In this document: positions 18,586 to 27,671 of the stretch, one piece after another
Layout: each line of letters begins with the position of its first letter
Position numbering within the stretch: the first letter of the stretch is position 1
Source: Polyangiales bacterium
Lineage (GTDB): Bacteria > Myxococcota_A > Polyangia > Polyangiales > Polyangiaceae
DNA length: 64,000 nt
Assembly: GCA_038230375.1 (NCBI GenBank)
Contig: JBBRNJ010000021.1
Coordinates: 1 to 64,000 of the forward strand
Direction: 5' to 3'
The notes under the pieces: model-generated
What the model saw: only the letters and a program-made list of their open reading frames with translations
Database searches by the model: none
Told to the model about the DNA's origin: nothing
Made by a program: the position numbers and the translations under genes

Positions 18586-20193
18586 TCAGCGGCGCATGGC
18601 CGCGATCAGCGCGCGGGGGCCTGCGATGGCGGTCGCGGTGAGCAGTCCGCCGAACATCGCGCCGCTCACGCCGCATGACACCAGATCCTGACCGGTGAGG
18701 TAGAGCCCCGGGATCTCGGTCTGCGCGCGCATCTTCATGCGGTAGCGCTCGGGCGAATGATCCAGGCCGTAGAGCTCGCCCTTCTCGTAGCCCGCGAAGT
18801 ACTTCGTGGTGAGCGGCGTGGAGAGCTCGGCGAGATCGATCTTGCCGCGCAGCTGCGGCAGCTTCGCGAACGTGACGTCCAGGATGCGCTCGGTGAGCTT
18901 GGCCTTGAGCGCGTCGTAGTCGGCGCCGCGCTTCTTCCAGCGCGTTTTTTCCCATGCAACAAACCACTCGTAGCGAGCAGGCGCGATCACGTCGACCGTC
19001 GCACGACCAGGGTGGCGCTCCTTCCAGGTGGGATCCTTCGCGGAGGGGAACGAGATGTAGACCAGCGGCAGCTGCGTCTTCCCGTCCAGGTATGCATCGG
19101 CGCTGGGCTCGGACATGAGGCGCGCGAAGTTCCCATCGTGATCGTGGTCCGGGTAGATCCACATGTTGGTACCGGTGAGGCCCAGCTCGGAATCCGTGTG
19201 CTTCATGCCCAGGTAGAGGCATACGTAGGAGACGGACGAGCCCACTCTTGCGAGCGTGCGCTCCACGTCCTTGTCCTGGTGCGAGCGCGGCAGCAGCCGC
19301 TCGTAGGTATTCACGGCGCCGGCGTCACTGATGATGATCTTCGCGCGGAGCTCGCGCTCGTCCCCCATGCGAACGCCCACGGCGCGTCCGTCCTCGATGA
19401 TGATCTCCTTCACGTCGGCGTTGATGAAGATCTGGCCGCCCGCGCGCTCTATGACGGGCGCGATGCTGCGCGCGATCGCGGACGCGCCGCCCACCGGGAA
19501 GTAGCCGCCGCCCAGGTAGTGCGCGGCGACCATGGCGTGGATGGCAAAGCTGGATTTGCTGGGAGGCAGCCCGTAGTCGCCGAACTGCGCGGTGAGCACG
19601 GCGATGAGCTCCTCGTTGCGCGTGAGCTCCATGAGGACCTCGCGCGTGGTGCGCGACGCGTAGCGCATCTGCGGCGCACGCAACAGCGGGCCCAGGAGGC
19701 GCGACGCGATCTTCGGCAGCGTGCGATCGATCGCGAACGTCGTGCCGGTGCGCGCCGCGCTCTTCACGATCGAGACGTACTTCTCGATCGCGGTCTCTTC
19801 GCCGGGGAAATACGACTTCATCTGCTGGATGAAGCGCTTCGTGCCCGTGACGTAGTCGTAGGCGCGGTCGCCAAGGTAGATGCGGTCGTAGACGTCGGGC
19901 AGCTTTGCCCAGTCGAGCGCGCCGTCGGTGAGCCAGTCGTACGGAGCACGCAGCGCGCCACCTGGGCCGACCTGACCAATGTAGTGTACACCTACATCCC
20001 ATTCGTATCCGGGCCGCGTGAACGCGTGCGTGAAGCCGCCCGCCGTGTAGTGGCGCTCCAGAACGAGCACGCGCTTCTTCCACTGCTTCGCGAGCGCCGC
20101 CGCAGCCGTGAGGCCACCCATCCCGGACCCGATGACGATCGCGTCGAAGACGCCGTCGGGGCGCTTCTGCTTGTAAGAGAGTCCGACGTTCAT
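18586..20193 (-). CDS. FAD-dependent oxidoreductase, phytoene dehydrogenase/retinol saturase-like
   Basis: DAIVIGSGMGGL, VLERHYTAGGFTHAF..GYEWDVGVHY, ISFPSAKDP, STPLT, GLYLTGQD. Confidence 0.9.
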   Translation of the reverse strand: MNVGLSYKQKRPDGVFDAIVIGSGMGGLTAAAALAKQWKKRVLVLERHYTAGGFTHAFTRPGYEWDVGVHYIGQVGPGGALRAPYDWLTDGALDWAKLPDVYDRIYLGDRAYDYVTGTKRFIQQMKSYFPGEETAIEKYVSIVKSAARTGTTFAIDRTLPKIASRLLGPLLRAPQMRYASRTTREVLMELTRNEELIAVLTAQFGDYGLPPSKSSFAIHAMVAAHYLGGGYFPVGGASAIARSIAPVIERAGGQIFINADVKEIIIEDGRAVGVRMGDERELRAKIIISDAGAVNTYERLLPRSHQDKDVERTLARVGSSVSYVCLYLGMKHTDSELGLTGTNMWIYPDHDHDGNFARLMSEPSADAYLDGKTQLPLVYISFPSAKDPTWKERHPGRATVDVIAPARYEWFVAWEKTRWKKRGADYDALKAKLTERILDVTFAKLPQLRGKIDLAELSTPLTTKYFAGYEKGELYGLDHSPERYRMKMRAQTEIPGLYLTGQDLVSCGVSGAMFGGLLTATAIAGPRALIAAMRR

Positions 20194-20237
20194 GGCGCGA
20201 GGCTAGCGCGGAACGCATCGAGCAGGGCGCGCTGCGC

Positions 20238-21335
20238 TCACGCGAGCATCTGCACTCCATGCCTTGCGTTCTTGGTCCCTATCTCGAACGCGGCGGCGTT
20301 GGTGATCACGTCCACATCCGCCCGGCCCTTCACGCTGAGGCGCAGGCGCCCGCGCGCGATCTTGGAGTTCAGGCAATTCGTGACGGTGCCATCCGGGTTC
20401 TCGTAGGCGAGGCCCGCAAAGTCCGTGGTCTCCGCGAACATCTCGCCCGACACCTCTGCGAGGTGGTTCTTCGCATGAAAGGTCCATTTTCGCAGGTCCT
20501 GGATGTGGCCGCGCGCGCGCACGAGCGTCATCGGATCGTTGAAGTGATACCGCACGTCGCGGTGCCACACACAGAGCAGCGTGACGGGCGGCGCGAGCAC
20601 GGGCCCGACCTTCACACGCCCGGTGAAGCCCTCGAACAAGAGGGTGTCGTCGCCTTGCCACTGGTTCACGTGGCACCACGCGTAGAGCTCCGTGTGACGC
20701 GTGCCCCAGTTGTGCCCCTCCATGCCGCGCCACGCATTGACGTCCACGGTCTCGCCCTTCGCGGTGTACGTGCCCGTGAAGCGCGAGTCGGGGTGCGGTG
20801 ACACGAGCTTGGTGCTGGGGAGCCTTGTCAGGTACATGCGCTCGCTGGGGAACGGCACGAGCGGCGGCGAGTCCATGGTGAAACGAAGGTCGAAGGAGAT
20901 CGCCTTGTCGCCGTGACCCACCGAGCCCGCCACGCGCCCCGGAGATAGTTGTAGATTACATACTTTCGCATCCAGGCCAGCTGCACCGAAGCGCGCCTCG
21001 GCAAGCGGCACGCTGTCCTTCACGGCCACGTGCCCGCTCTCGCGATCGAACGCAATGGCCCACGCCTCTGCGAGCACATCACCGCCGCGCCGCTCCAGGA
21101 TCGTCGCCTTCAGCCAGAGCGCGCGCCGCCCCTCGGGATCGTTGAGCTTCAGGAAATAGCTCTCGACGTGTCCCGCCTGCGCGCCCGAGCCCGAGCCCGC
21201 ACCCGCGCCCGCCACGAAGCGCACGTCATTCCATTTCGCAGACACGCGCGCCTCGCCGCTGCCGACCTGCACAGCCGCGTCCGAAGCGGAACCGCCGCCT
21301 CCTTCTCCCTGAACTGACTCGCCTTTTACGTTCAC
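20238..21335 (-). CDS. Hypothetical protein, tocopherol cyclase/AttH-like beta fold
   Basis: ESYFLKLN..ALWLKATI, GMEGHNWG..YAWCH and YENPDG motifs reminiscent of this fold; same strand, 44 nt upstream of the oxidoreductase. Confidence 0.6.
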   Translation of the reverse strand: MNVKGESVQGEGGGGSASDAAVQVGSGEARVSAKWNDVRFVAGAGAGSGSGAQAGHVESYFLKLNDPEGRRALWLKATILERRGGDVLAEAWAIAFDRESGHVAVKDSVPLAEARFGAAGLDAKVCNLQLSPGRVAGSVGHGDKAISFDLRFTMDSPPLVPFPSERMYLTRLPSTKLVSPHPDSRFTGTYTAKGETVDVNAWRGMEGHNWGTRHTELYAWCHVNQWQGDDTLLFEGFTGRVKVGPVLAPPVTLLCVWHRDVRYHFNDPMTLVRARGHIQDLRKWTFHAKNHLAEVSGEMFAETTDFAGLAYENPDGTVTNCLNSKIARGRLRLSVKGRADVDVITNAAAFEIGTKNARHGVQMLA

Positions 21336-21413
21336 CCTGCATTTCCCCTTGCATCATGCGTTCTATTTTTACAGAATATACGAAACGAAGACGTCGTCAA
21401 TGGAGAGCATCGC

Positions 21414-23978
21414 ATGCACAAGGTGACAGCGGACGGGGCGAAGAGCACGCCCGACGAGTCCCATCCAGAAGCCCCAAAGACAGACCCCGAGTCGAAGTCG
21501 ATGTCGTCATCGTCCTCCCTCTCCGGCCCCATCCTCTCCTCCCACGAGCGCACGATCGCCCTCGCCCTCGCCCGCGCCGCGATGCCCCCCTCCTCCTCTC
21601 TCCCCGGCGCGGACGCCACGTCGGTCGCACGCTTCGAGCGCCTCGCGCAGAACCTCGGCCCCGGCATGGTCCGCGCGATGAAGGCTGGCCTCTGGGCCGC
21701 CGAGGCCTGGCCCGTCACGCGCCTCCAAGGTGGACCGCGACTCCCGCTGTCGCAGCTGTCGCCCGAGGCGGCGGAGCGCGCGATCGTCGCCTGGAGTGAG
21801 AGCGGCTCGCGGCACGAGCGGTGGCTCCTCCGTGGCCTGCTCACCCCGCTCAAGTCCGCGCACTTCGCCGACGAACGCGTCGCGTCCACCGTCCCGTGCC
21901 GCCGCGAGTTCGATACCCCGAAGGTCGCAGAGGTAGCGCCCTACATGCAGCGCGTGACGGACGGCCGCAACGTGGACACGGACCTGGACCTCACGTGCGA
22001 GGTCGTGGTGATCGGCACGGGCGCAGGCGGAGCCGCCGTCGCATACGAGCTCGCCAGGCGCGGGCGCGCCGTGATCATGCTCGAAGGTGGTCACTTCAAC
22101 TCGCGCACGGAGTTCCGCGGTCGATCGCAGGACGCGTACGCGAAGATGTACCTGTCGCTCGGCGGCTCGATCGCGATCGGCAACGTGGCTGCGGCCGTCC
22201 TTGCGGGCCGCGGTGTGGGCGGCAGCACCACCATCAACTCCGGCACCTGCTACCGCGCTCCGTCACACACGTTCGCGCGCTGGGGTGAGCGCTACGGCCT
22301 CACCATGCACACGCCCGACAGCCTCTCGCCCTACTACGGCCGCGTGGAGTCCATGCTCGGCGTGGCGGAGGCGAAGCGCTCGCTCATGGGCGGCTCCGAC
22401 CGCGTCGTCGGTCGCGGCGCAAACCTCATGGGGCTCTCGCACAAGCCGCTGCGCCGCAACGCACCCGACTGCGATGGCCAGGGCGTGTGCTGCTTCGGCT
22501 GCCCCACCGGCGCAAAGCGCTCCACCGACGTGAGCTACGTGCCCGAGGCGCTCAAGCGCGGCGCGGAGCTCGTGACCGGCGCCCGCGTCGAGCAGATTCA
22601 CGTCCAGGGCGGCCGCGCGCGAGGCGTCACTGCGCGGCTCTCCTCCGGTCGTACGCTCACGATTCGCGCGGAGTCCGTCGTCGTGGCTGGCGGCGCGCTC
22701 TACACGCCGCTGCTGCTCCAGAAGAACGGGCTGATGCAGGGCTCCGGCTTCCTGGGAAAAAATCTCTCGATCCATCCTGCAACGAAGGTGATGGCGCTCT
22801 TCGACGAAGAGATCGACATGTCACGCGGCATCCCGCAGGCCACCGCGATCGAGGACTACGCGCACGAGGGCCTCATGTTCGAAGGCGCCTCGCAGCCGTT
22901 CGACGTGACCGCCGTCGCCATCCCGTGGGTGGGCGAGCGCTTCATGGATGTGATGTCTCGCTACCAGCACGTGGCCCAGTTCGGACTCATGATCCAGGAC
23001 AAAAGCCGTGGCTCCGTGCGCCGAGGACCCGACGGAGCGCCGGTGATCTTCTACAACCTCGGCAAGGAGGATCTCGCACAGATGCAGCGCGGGTTGGGCA
23101 TCCTCTCGGAGGTGTTCCTGCGTGCCGGCGCGAAGCGTGTGATGCCCATGGTCCACGGCATGGAGGAGATCACTGACGACGCAGGGCTCGCGCGCCTACG
23201 CGAGATGAAGATGCGCGCGGGCGACTTCGAGGTCTCCGCCTACCACCCGCTCGGCACGTGCCGGATGGGCACGGATCCGCGCCGCTCGTGCGTGGGCCCT
23301 GATGGAGAGGCGCACGACGTGGCCGGGCTGTACGTCGCCGACGGCAGCGTCATCCCGTCGAGCCTTGGCGTGAACCCGCAGATGACGATCATGGCGCTCG
23401 CGCTGCGCACCGCGGAGGTGCTGGACGCGCGCATCGATCGTCTCGCTGCGTCGTCGGTCGCTGCGGTTGTCCCGCCAAGCGCGAACCCTGCGAACGACGC
23501 CACGCCCGCAGCGAAGAACCTGGCCTTCGAAGAGACGATGAGCGGCACCTATCGCTTGTCAACGACGGGCACCACCGGCGCGCAGTCTCGCGCAGAGCGT
23601 CCGTTCCTGTTCGCGTTGCGCGCACGCTCGCGCAGCCTCACCGACTTCGCGCGCACCCGCACCGTCGGCATCACGGGCGAGCTCACCGCGGAGGGCTTCG
23701 GTGTGCGATGTCCTCTGGAGGGCACGCTGGAGATGGACGTCATCATGACGCGTCGGCTCCGCTACGACTTCACGTTCGTGGCGCAGTCCGGCGAGCGTTT
23801 TCGCTACGTAGGTCAGAAGAACGTGAAGCTCCTTCGCCTGAGCCACTCCATGACCTGGCTGCCCGGCACGGTCTTCGACATGGCAGGCAAGGAGATCGCC
23901 ACGTCCGAGGTCACGTTCGATCTCTCCCGCGATCTGACACGATTCCTGCGGAGTTTCCGCATCACCACACACGCATGA
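21414..23978 (+). CDS. GMC-family oxidoreductase (long-chain alcohol oxidase-like) with extra C-terminal domain
   Basis: VVVIGTGAGG, GRGVGGSTTINSG, CDGQGVCCFGCPTGAK, YHPLGTCRMG, YVADGSVIPSSLGVNPQMTIMAL, then about 150 extra aa beginning LAFEETMSG. Confidence 0.9.
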   Translation: MHKVTADGAKSTPDESHPEAPKTDPESKSMSSSSSLSGPILSSHERTIALALARAAMPPSSSLPGADATSVARFERLAQNLGPGMVRAMKAGLWAAEAWPVTRLQGGPRLPLSQLSPEAAERAIVAWSESGSRHERWLLRGLLTPLKSAHFADERVASTVPCRREFDTPKVAEVAPYMQRVTDGRNVDTDLDLTCEVVVIGTGAGGAAVAYELARRGRAVIMLEGGHFNSRTEFRGRSQDAYAKMYLSLGGSIAIGNVAAAVLAGRGVGGSTTINSGTCYRAPSHTFARWGERYGLTMHTPDSLSPYYGRVESMLGVAEAKRSLMGGSDRVVGRGANLMGLSHKPLRRNAPDCDGQGVCCFGCPTGAKRSTDVSYVPEALKRGAELVTGARVEQIHVQGGRARGVTARLSSGRTLTIRAESVVVAGGALYTPLLLQKNGLMQGSGFLGKNLSIHPATKVMALFDEEIDMSRGIPQATAIEDYAHEGLMFEGASQPFDVTAVAIPWVGERFMDVMSRYQHVAQFGLMIQDKSRGSVRRGPDGAPVIFYNLGKEDLAQMQRGLGILSEVFLRAGAKRVMPMVHGMEEITDDAGLARLREMKMRAGDFEVSAYHPLGTCRMGTDPRRSCVGPDGEAHDVAGLYVADGSVIPSSLGVNPQMTIMALALRTAEVLDARIDRLAASSVAAVVPPSANPANDATPAAKNLAFEETMSGTYRLSTTGTTGAQSRAERPFLFALRARSRSLTDFARTRTVGITGELTAEGFGVRCPLEGTLEMDVIMTRRLRYDFTFVAQSGERFRYVGQKNVKLLRLSHSMTWLPGTVFDMAGKEIATSEVTFDLSRDLTRFLRSFRITTHA

Positions 23979-24058
23979 TGCCCTTGGTTTTTCAGTGATC
24001 CGTCGTCGCCGCAACAACGGGGGGTGACGGGTGGCCGCGCGGGGTCTATCCATCGCGC

Positions 24059-24727
24059 ATGACATTCTCCGTCGTCACTGGGGCCAACAGGGGTATCGGT
24101 CTCGCGCTCGCAGCAGCACTCAAGTCTCGCGGAGGCACCGTTCTCGCGGCGTGTCGGTCGTCCTCGAAGGAGCTCGACGCGCTCGGTGTGGAGATCGCGA
24201 GCGGCGTGGATGTGGCCACCGACAAGGGCCTCGCCGCGCTGGTGTCCGCGGTCGGCACGCGCAACATCGACCTCCTGATCAACAACGCAGGCATTCTCAT
24301 CTGGGGCGACAAGCTCGGCGAGCTCAACGTCGAAGGCATCCGAAAGCAGTTCGAGGTCAACGCGCTCGCCCCACTCCGCGTCACGGACGCGCTGCGCGAT
24401 CGGCTCGTTTCAGGCTCGAAGGTGGCGCTGGTGACGAGCCGCATGGGCTCCATCGACGACAACGGTTCCGGCGGAGCCTACGGCTACCGCATGAGCAAGG
24501 CCGCCCTGAACATGGCCGGAAAATCGCTCGCGCAAGATCTGAAAGATCGAGGCGTGCCCGTTGTGCTCCTTCACCCAGGCATGGTGAAAACAGACATGAT
24601 CGGCAACCACGCCGGCCAGACAGAGCCAAGCGAAGCCGCCGAAGGCCTCCTCGCCCGCATCGACGCCCTCACCCTACAAACCACCGGAACCTTCTGGCAC
24701 GCCAACGGCGAACACCTCCCCTGGTAG
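24059..24727 (+). CDS. Short-chain dehydrogenase/reductase, CsgA (C-factor)-like subfamily
   Basis: TGANRGIG, LINNAG, TSRMGSI, YGYRMSKAALNM, HPGMVKTDM, C-terminal LPW. Confidence 0.9.
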   Translation: MTFSVVTGANRGIGLALAAALKSRGGTVLAACRSSSKELDALGVEIASGVDVATDKGLAALVSAVGTRNIDLLINNAGILIWGDKLGELNVEGIRKQFEVNALAPLRVTDALRDRLVSGSKVALVTSRMGSIDDNGSGGAYGYRMSKAALNMAGKSLAQDLKDRGVPVVLLHPGMVKTDMIGNHAGQTEPSEAAEGLLARIDALTLQTTGTFWHANGEHLPW

Positions 24728-24788
24728 TTCCGTCGGAACTCCGCACGGCGATCGAAATCCCAACGCCACCCCGTCAGCGAAGTGGTGT

Positions 24789-24897
24789 CAGCCCGTTCCC
24801 CATCGTACGAAGTACGATGTCGGCGCTAGCCGAGGTGGGGGAGGCTCGGCTGCGTTAGCAGACGAGGGGCCGTCAGGCCCACGCGACAAGGAAGCGG
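24789..24897 (+). repeat. Four-hairpin structured repeat, copy A (REP-like or structured ncRNA)
   Basis: CATCGTAC-GAA-GTACGATG, TCGGC-GCTA-GCCGA, CTCGGCTGC-GTTA-GCAGACGAG, GGGCC-GTCA-GGCCC; homologous to 41757-41861 (-). Confidence 0.75.
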
Positions 24898-24952
24898 TCG
24901 AGGCGCCCAAAAGCACCCCACCGCTCCCCACCCGAAACAAACCCCGCCAGCC

Positions 24953-27601
24953 CTACTTAACGACCGCTCCGCCGCACTGATTCGCAATGCCGCCGCCGCC
25001 GCAGGTCTTGCCTGCGGTGCACGTGCCGCAGTCGAGGATGCCGCCGCAGCCGTCTGCGACCGGGCCGCAGTTCGCGCCTGCTTGTGCGCACGTTCGCGGC
25101 TTGCACGACGGCGTGCCGCACATGCCGGGCTTGCCGCCGCCGCCGCAGATCTGACCCGCAGGGCAAGAGCCGCACTGGAGGAGATTACCGCAGCCGTCCG
25201 CCGCCGGACCGCACTGGATGTTCTGCGCCAGGCACGTGGTGGCCACGCACGCGTTCGAGCCGCACATGTTCGGGCCACCGCCGCCGCAGACCTGACCGCC
25301 CTGGCACATGCCGCAGTCGACCGTGCCGTTGCAGCCATCCGGAATGGTGCCGCACTGGCCTGCCTTGCACGTTGCCTTCGTGCACGCGGGGGTCACGCAC
25401 ATGGAGGGCGAGCCCTGGCAGACCTGGTTCGCGCCGCACACTCCGCAGTCTTGTTGACCGCCGCAGCCGTCGCCCGCGGGGCCGCACGTCTGCATACCGC
25501 AGCCCTGCTTGGGGCAGGTCGGCGTGATGGTCTGGATGCACGACGTGAGGTCGAACAGCATGAACGCCAGGATCTTCTCCTGTGCGGTGAGCGCGTTCGC
25601 GTTGCACTCGGTCGGGAACGTGGCGTTGTACGTATTGCCGATGGCCACGTGGAAGTCGCTGAAGATGACGCGACCACACTGCGTGGCCACGTTCAGTGGC
25701 GTGTTGAACGTGAAGTGGAACACGGGCACCGGGTTCGCCGGGTTGTACTGCGTGATGTACGCCTCAGCGCCCGCGCCCAGCGGCGTGAACGCGTCGTAGC
25801 GCGGATCGGCCAGGGCGACGCGATCGGGCATGGTGGCGGAGAGCGCGTTCACCGCGGGGGTGACGCCGAGCCACTTGTCGAAGAGACCGCCCTTGGCCGT
25901 GGTGCTGACAAGGCCCGTGTCGTTCGCGGCGTTGTTGTTGTAGCTGGCGTTGTCGGGGATGAACGTGGCCGCGCCGCCCCACGAAGAGGCGAAGCCGTTC
26001 GCGTCGTAGAGCCAGGTGTAGTTGTAGTGCGTCGCGAAGACGCGGCCGCCCTCGTTCGCGTAGTTGTAGACGTAGGTGCGGGCTGCGGGGGTCTTGTTCG
26101 CCGGGGCGCCGGTGCAGGCAAAGATGACCGCGTCGTACTTCTCCAGCTGCGCCTGACTGGCGATGAGCGTGTCGATCGGCGGCGTGGCGCCGTTGATTCG
26201 CGCGCCGGGCGCTGCCGTTCCGCCAGCCTCCGTGTCCTGATAGAGCTGGATGCGCGTCGCGGTCCCCGGGTTGCCGAACTGGTTGTCGGCGATACCGAGC
26301 TTCCGGATCACGCACTCCAGGCCGTCGACCTGGCCCGTGGTGAGCGCAATGAGCGGGATGTTGTCGGCCGCGCCGCCTTCACCCTGCGTCTTGGGCAAGC
26401 GTGTGAGCGCGGCTGCGACGGCGGCGCTCGTGCATGCGGTGACCGCCGGTACGGTGACGACACGACGCCAGTGACCCATCTGGATCACGAGCGGGAACGG
26501 CACTCCTGCGGGGATGTTCGTGAGCGTGAACGAGCCATCGAAGCCCGACACCGCGCTGACGAGCGGGCTGCCGCTCGCTGTTGCGCTGCACGAGTCGCAC
26601 ACGCCGCCGCTCACGCCGTCCGTCAAGGTGGCGATGCCGTATGGATAGACCTTGGACGCGTTGGGCACGTACACCACCGCGCCGGGGAGCGGCAGCGTTC
26701 CGTTCGGTGCGAAGACAGTGCCTGTGATCGACGTGGTGCCGCCGCCGGCGCAGTTGTTGACCTGGTTCTGGCAGAAGTTCACGCACGCGACGCCGCCGTC
26801 CACGCCGGTGCCGCATTTGTTCGCACCGCCGCCGCCGCAGAAGCCCACCGCGCAAGCGTTGGGTCCGCCGCAGTCGAGCAAGCCGCCACAACCATCGGCG
26901 ATGAAGCCGCAGTCGGAGCCCTGTCCCATGCACGACGTCTTGCTGCACTTCGGCGCCCCGCACACGCTGGGAGTGCCACCGCCGCCGCACGTCGTACCCG
27001 AAGGGCACACTGGACATGCGAGGAGACCGCCGCAGCCGTCCGCGATCGGCCCGCACTCGTTCGGTGAGCACGTGGTCCGCGGGCTGCACATGCCGCCATC
27101 GGGCAGGAGCTGCACGCCGCCATCACCGAGCAGACCGCCGCCGCACTTGCTGGGCCCGCCGCCGCCGCAGAACTCGGGAGAGGTGCACGTGCCGCAGTTC
27201 GCGAGCACGCCGCCGCAGCCGTCGCCCGCGGGACCGCACGTGATGCCGAGATCCTTGCAGGTCTTCGGGACGCAACCGTCGGCGCCACCGCACACGCTGG
27301 GCTTGCCGCCGCCGCCGCACGTCTGGGGAGTGGCGCAGCTACCGCACGTGATCTTGCCGCCGCAGCCATCGCCGGCCTGACCGCACGAGATGCTCTGGTC
27401 CTTGCACGAGAGCGGCTTGCACGAGCCGCCACCACCGCCGGAGTCGCTCTTGCCGAAGCCGATGCCGCCCTCGGAGAGGTCGGGCCCAGCGTCATCGAGG
27501 CCGCCGCCGTTGAACACGCTCGTGTCCGCGGTTCCACAGGACGCAACCGCAATGGCGGTTGCCAACAACGCACACGCACCGGCGATCCACCCCAACTTCA
27601 T
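24953..27601 (-). CDS. Large Cys/Gly-repeat lipoprotein with central carboxypeptidase-regulatory-like domain
   Basis: Lipobox VASC; eight CGxxxDGCxx units (4 N-terminal, 4 C-terminal) flanking ITGTVFAPNG..VYVP..DGSFTLTNIPAG..LVIQMGHWRR. Confidence 0.85.
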   Translation of the reverse strand: MKLGWIAGACALLATAIAVASCGTADTSVFNGGGLDDAGPDLSEGGIGFGKSDSGGGGGSCKPLSCKDQSISCGQAGDGCGGKITCGSCATPQTCGGGGKPSVCGGADGCVPKTCKDLGITCGPAGDGCGGVLANCGTCTSPEFCGGGGPSKCGGGLLGDGGVQLLPDGGMCSPRTTCSPNECGPIADGCGGLLACPVCPSGTTCGGGGTPSVCGAPKCSKTSCMGQGSDCGFIADGCGGLLDCGGPNACAVGFCGGGGANKCGTGVDGGVACVNFCQNQVNNCAGGGTTSITGTVFAPNGTLPLPGAVVYVPNASKVYPYGIATLTDGVSGGVCDSCSATASGSPLVSAVSGFDGSFTLTNIPAGVPFPLVIQMGHWRRVVTVPAVTACTSAAVAAALTRLPKTQGEGGAADNIPLIALTTGQVDGLECVIRKLGIADNQFGNPGTATRIQLYQDTEAGGTAAPGARINGATPPIDTLIASQAQLEKYDAVIFACTGAPANKTPAARTYVYNYANEGGRVFATHYNYTWLYDANGFASSWGGAATFIPDNASYNNNAANDTGLVSTTAKGGLFDKWLGVTPAVNALSATMPDRVALADPRYDAFTPLGAGAEAYITQYNPANPVPVFHFTFNTPLNVATQCGRVIFSDFHVAIGNTYNATFPTECNANALTAQEKILAFMLFDLTSCIQTITPTCPKQGCGMQTCGPAGDGCGGQQDCGVCGANQVCQGSPSMCVTPACTKATCKAGQCGTIPDGCNGTVDCGMCQGGQVCGGGGPNMCGSNACVATTCLAQNIQCGPAADGCGNLLQCGSCPAGQICGGGGKPGMCGTPSCKPRTCAQAGANCGPVADGCGGILDCGTCTAGKTCGGGGIANQCGGAVVK

Positions 27602-27671
27602 CTAGGCCTCCACAAGCAACGGTAAGCGCCGTCGTGCTGGAACGTCACGAGTCGACGAACAGTTCACCGTA

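Noticed and set aside
24059..24727. Calling the SDR csgA
   Set aside because: It belongs to the same subfamily, but such SDRs are widespread; orthology needs a phylogeny.
24953..27601. Repeated GCCGCCGCCGCA-type DNA motifs as a CRISPR array or non-coding repeat
   Set aside because: They encode CGGGG protein repeats within one ORF; there is no constant repeat-spacer period and no cas genes.
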